Part shown: in pieces, positions 28,089 to 29,099 of the stretch | Layout of the letters: each line of letters opens with the position of its first letter | Position numbering within the stretch: the stretch's first letter is position 1 | The notes under the pieces: model-generated | Seen by the model: the letters and a program-made list of their open reading frames with translations, nothing else | Database searches by the model: none | What the model was told of the DNA's origin: nothing | Translations under genes and position numbers: made by a program | IMG/VR virus record: IMGVR_UViG_3300020044_002160 | Coordinates: 1-29,099 of that record | DNA: 29,099 nucleotides | Strand: one strand, 5' to 3' | Origin: a virus | Taxonomy: Duplodnaviria > Caudoviricetes

Positions 28089-28120
28089 AGTTTATCATAC
28101 CCAGATTTTTCTGGTATAAT
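28089..28120. promoter_or_regulatory. back-to-back divergent extended -10 promoters
   Basis: Minus strand TGA-TAAACT (28097-28089) and plus strand TGG-TATAAT (28112-28120), 14 nt apart, around the imperfect inverted repeat ATAC(C)CAGA-TTTT-TCTGGTAT. Confidence 0.6.
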
Positions 28121-28145
28121 TAAATATCTAACAGATGGAGACACA

Positions 28146-28940
28146 ATGCATTTACACATTGCTACCCCTATGTATGGGGGAAACTGTAAAGGTGTATATC
28201 TTGATGGTTTGATGGCTCTTACCTTTGAACTTGCAAAAAAGGGGTATCAGGTATCATTCTCTAAGATTTACAACGAAAGTCTTATTACTCGTGCTAGAAA
28301 CAATCTAGTCTATGAGTTTGAGAAATCTGGTGCTGACGCACTATTGTTCATTGATGGCGACGAGGGTTTTAATCACCTTGACGTTATTCAAATGATCGAA
28401 TCAGAAAAACAAGTTATTGGTGCTATTTATCCAATGAAGAATATTAACTGGGAGAATGTCCGTAAGGCTGCTCTGCAGGGTGAAGAAAATCTTTCACAAT
28501 ATTCTGGATTCTTTGCAATGAATATGCTACCTGGCGAAACTACATTTAAAATGAATGAGCCAGTTCCTGTAACTGAAGTGGGAACAGGAATGCTATTTAT
28601 TAGAAAAGAAGCATTTGAACTTATGAAGCCACACTGTGGTACTTATATGCTTAATACTTCTACTGGAGCATTTGATCCTAATTCAATGGTTACTGAATAC
28701 TTCAAGACTGATATTACTTCAGATGGGATTTTGTTGTCAGAAGATTACTGGTTCTGTCGTAAATACCGTGAACTTGGTGGAGAAGTGTTTGCTGCTCCTT
28801 GGGTTCGCATTACTCACGCTGGAGAGTATATTTTTGACGGTAGCTTTGCAGCAACAATGATGCTAACAGCAACGATTAGTGAAGAAGTTAGACCAGAAAA
28901 ACCTAAGCCTAGAACTAAGAAGGCTGCACAGGGTAAATAA
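28146..28940 (+). CDS. glycosyltransferase (GT-A fold, 264 aa)
   Basis: IATPMY, ESLITRARN, LLFIDGD (DxD), VGTGMLFIRKE and LSEDYWFCR are GT-A motifs. GGAG SD. Only credible plus-strand gene. Confidence 0.85.
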   Translation: MHLHIATPMYGGNCKGVYLDGLMALTFELAKKGYQVSFSKIYNESLITRARNNLVYEFEKSGADALLFIDGDEGFNHLDVIQMIESEKQVIGAIYPMKNINWENVRKAALQGEENLSQYSGFFAMNMLPGETTFKMNEPVPVTEVGTGMLFIRKEAFELMKPHCGTYMLNTSTGAFDPNSMVTEYFKTDITSDGILLSEDYWFCRKYRELGGEVFAAPWVRITHAGEYIFDGSFAATMMLTATISEEVRPEKPKPRTKKAAQGK

Positions 28941-29099
28941 CTTCAAAAGGATTTGCCTGGTTGGTGATATCTCTCAATTCTTGACGATATTGCCTCCAGG
29001 CATTTTTTTGTTCTTCTGTAAGGGGAGAGTCTGGAAGTTGTGTCCAGTCTGAAGAATTCAATCTACAGCCTCGTTCATCTCGTACTTCTTGCCACTTGC
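28915..29099 (-). CDS. tail fibre assembly chaperone (Phage_tail_APC-like), C-terminal part; absent from ORF track
   Basis: Reads KWQEVRDERGCRLNSSDWTQLPDSPLTEEQKNAWRQYRQELRDITNQANPFEVIYPVQPS*. The R..R..L..SDWTQLPD...W..YRQ.LRDI....P..P pattern is characteristic. The 5' end lies beyond the window. Confidence 0.88.
   Translation of the reverse strand, partial: KWQEVRDERGCRLNSSDWTQLPDSPLTEEQKNAWRQYRQELRDITNQANPFEVIYPVQPS

Noticed and set aside
1-29099. tRNA, CRISPR array, integrase/transposase, intron/intein, reverse transcriptase or stop-codon recoding
   Set aside because: Intergenic gaps are all under about 100 nt. No repeat-spacer arrays or relevant motifs were seen, the helicase is uninterrupted, and TAA, TAG and TGA all end genes at sensible boundaries.

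Overview
This 29 kb window is part of a tailed dsDNA phage genome (Caudoviricetes, siphovirus-type tail), AT-rich and densely coded, almost all on the minus strand. In transcription order (right to left) it holds: a partial tail-fibre assembly chaperone, one plus-strand glycosyltransferase, a 977-aa LamG-like virion protein, a hypothetical gene, portal, HK97-type prohead protease with a nested scaffold start, major capsid protein, four head-tail/neck genes, major tail protein, two paralogous tail assembly chaperones, a 1889-aa tape measure protein (TMP), distal tail and tail-tip genes, an HTH protein, small hypotheticals, a DnaB-like helicase and the start of a primase. No terminase, tRNA, CRISPR array or mobile element is visible. 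Leaderless-looking starts and gene order suggest an actinobacterial host (inference). The main findings are: (1) an HNH-like nuclease motif in a motif-bounded insert inside the TMP; (2) the usual G/GT tail-chaperone frameshift apparently replaced by a gene duplication with separate expression signals; (3) a glycosyltransferase next to capsid and tail-tube genes whose proteins both end in Ser; (4) extended -10 promoters in most of the longer intergenic gaps; (5) three CDSs missing from the ORF track. All family assignments come from motif recognition by eye; no searches were run.
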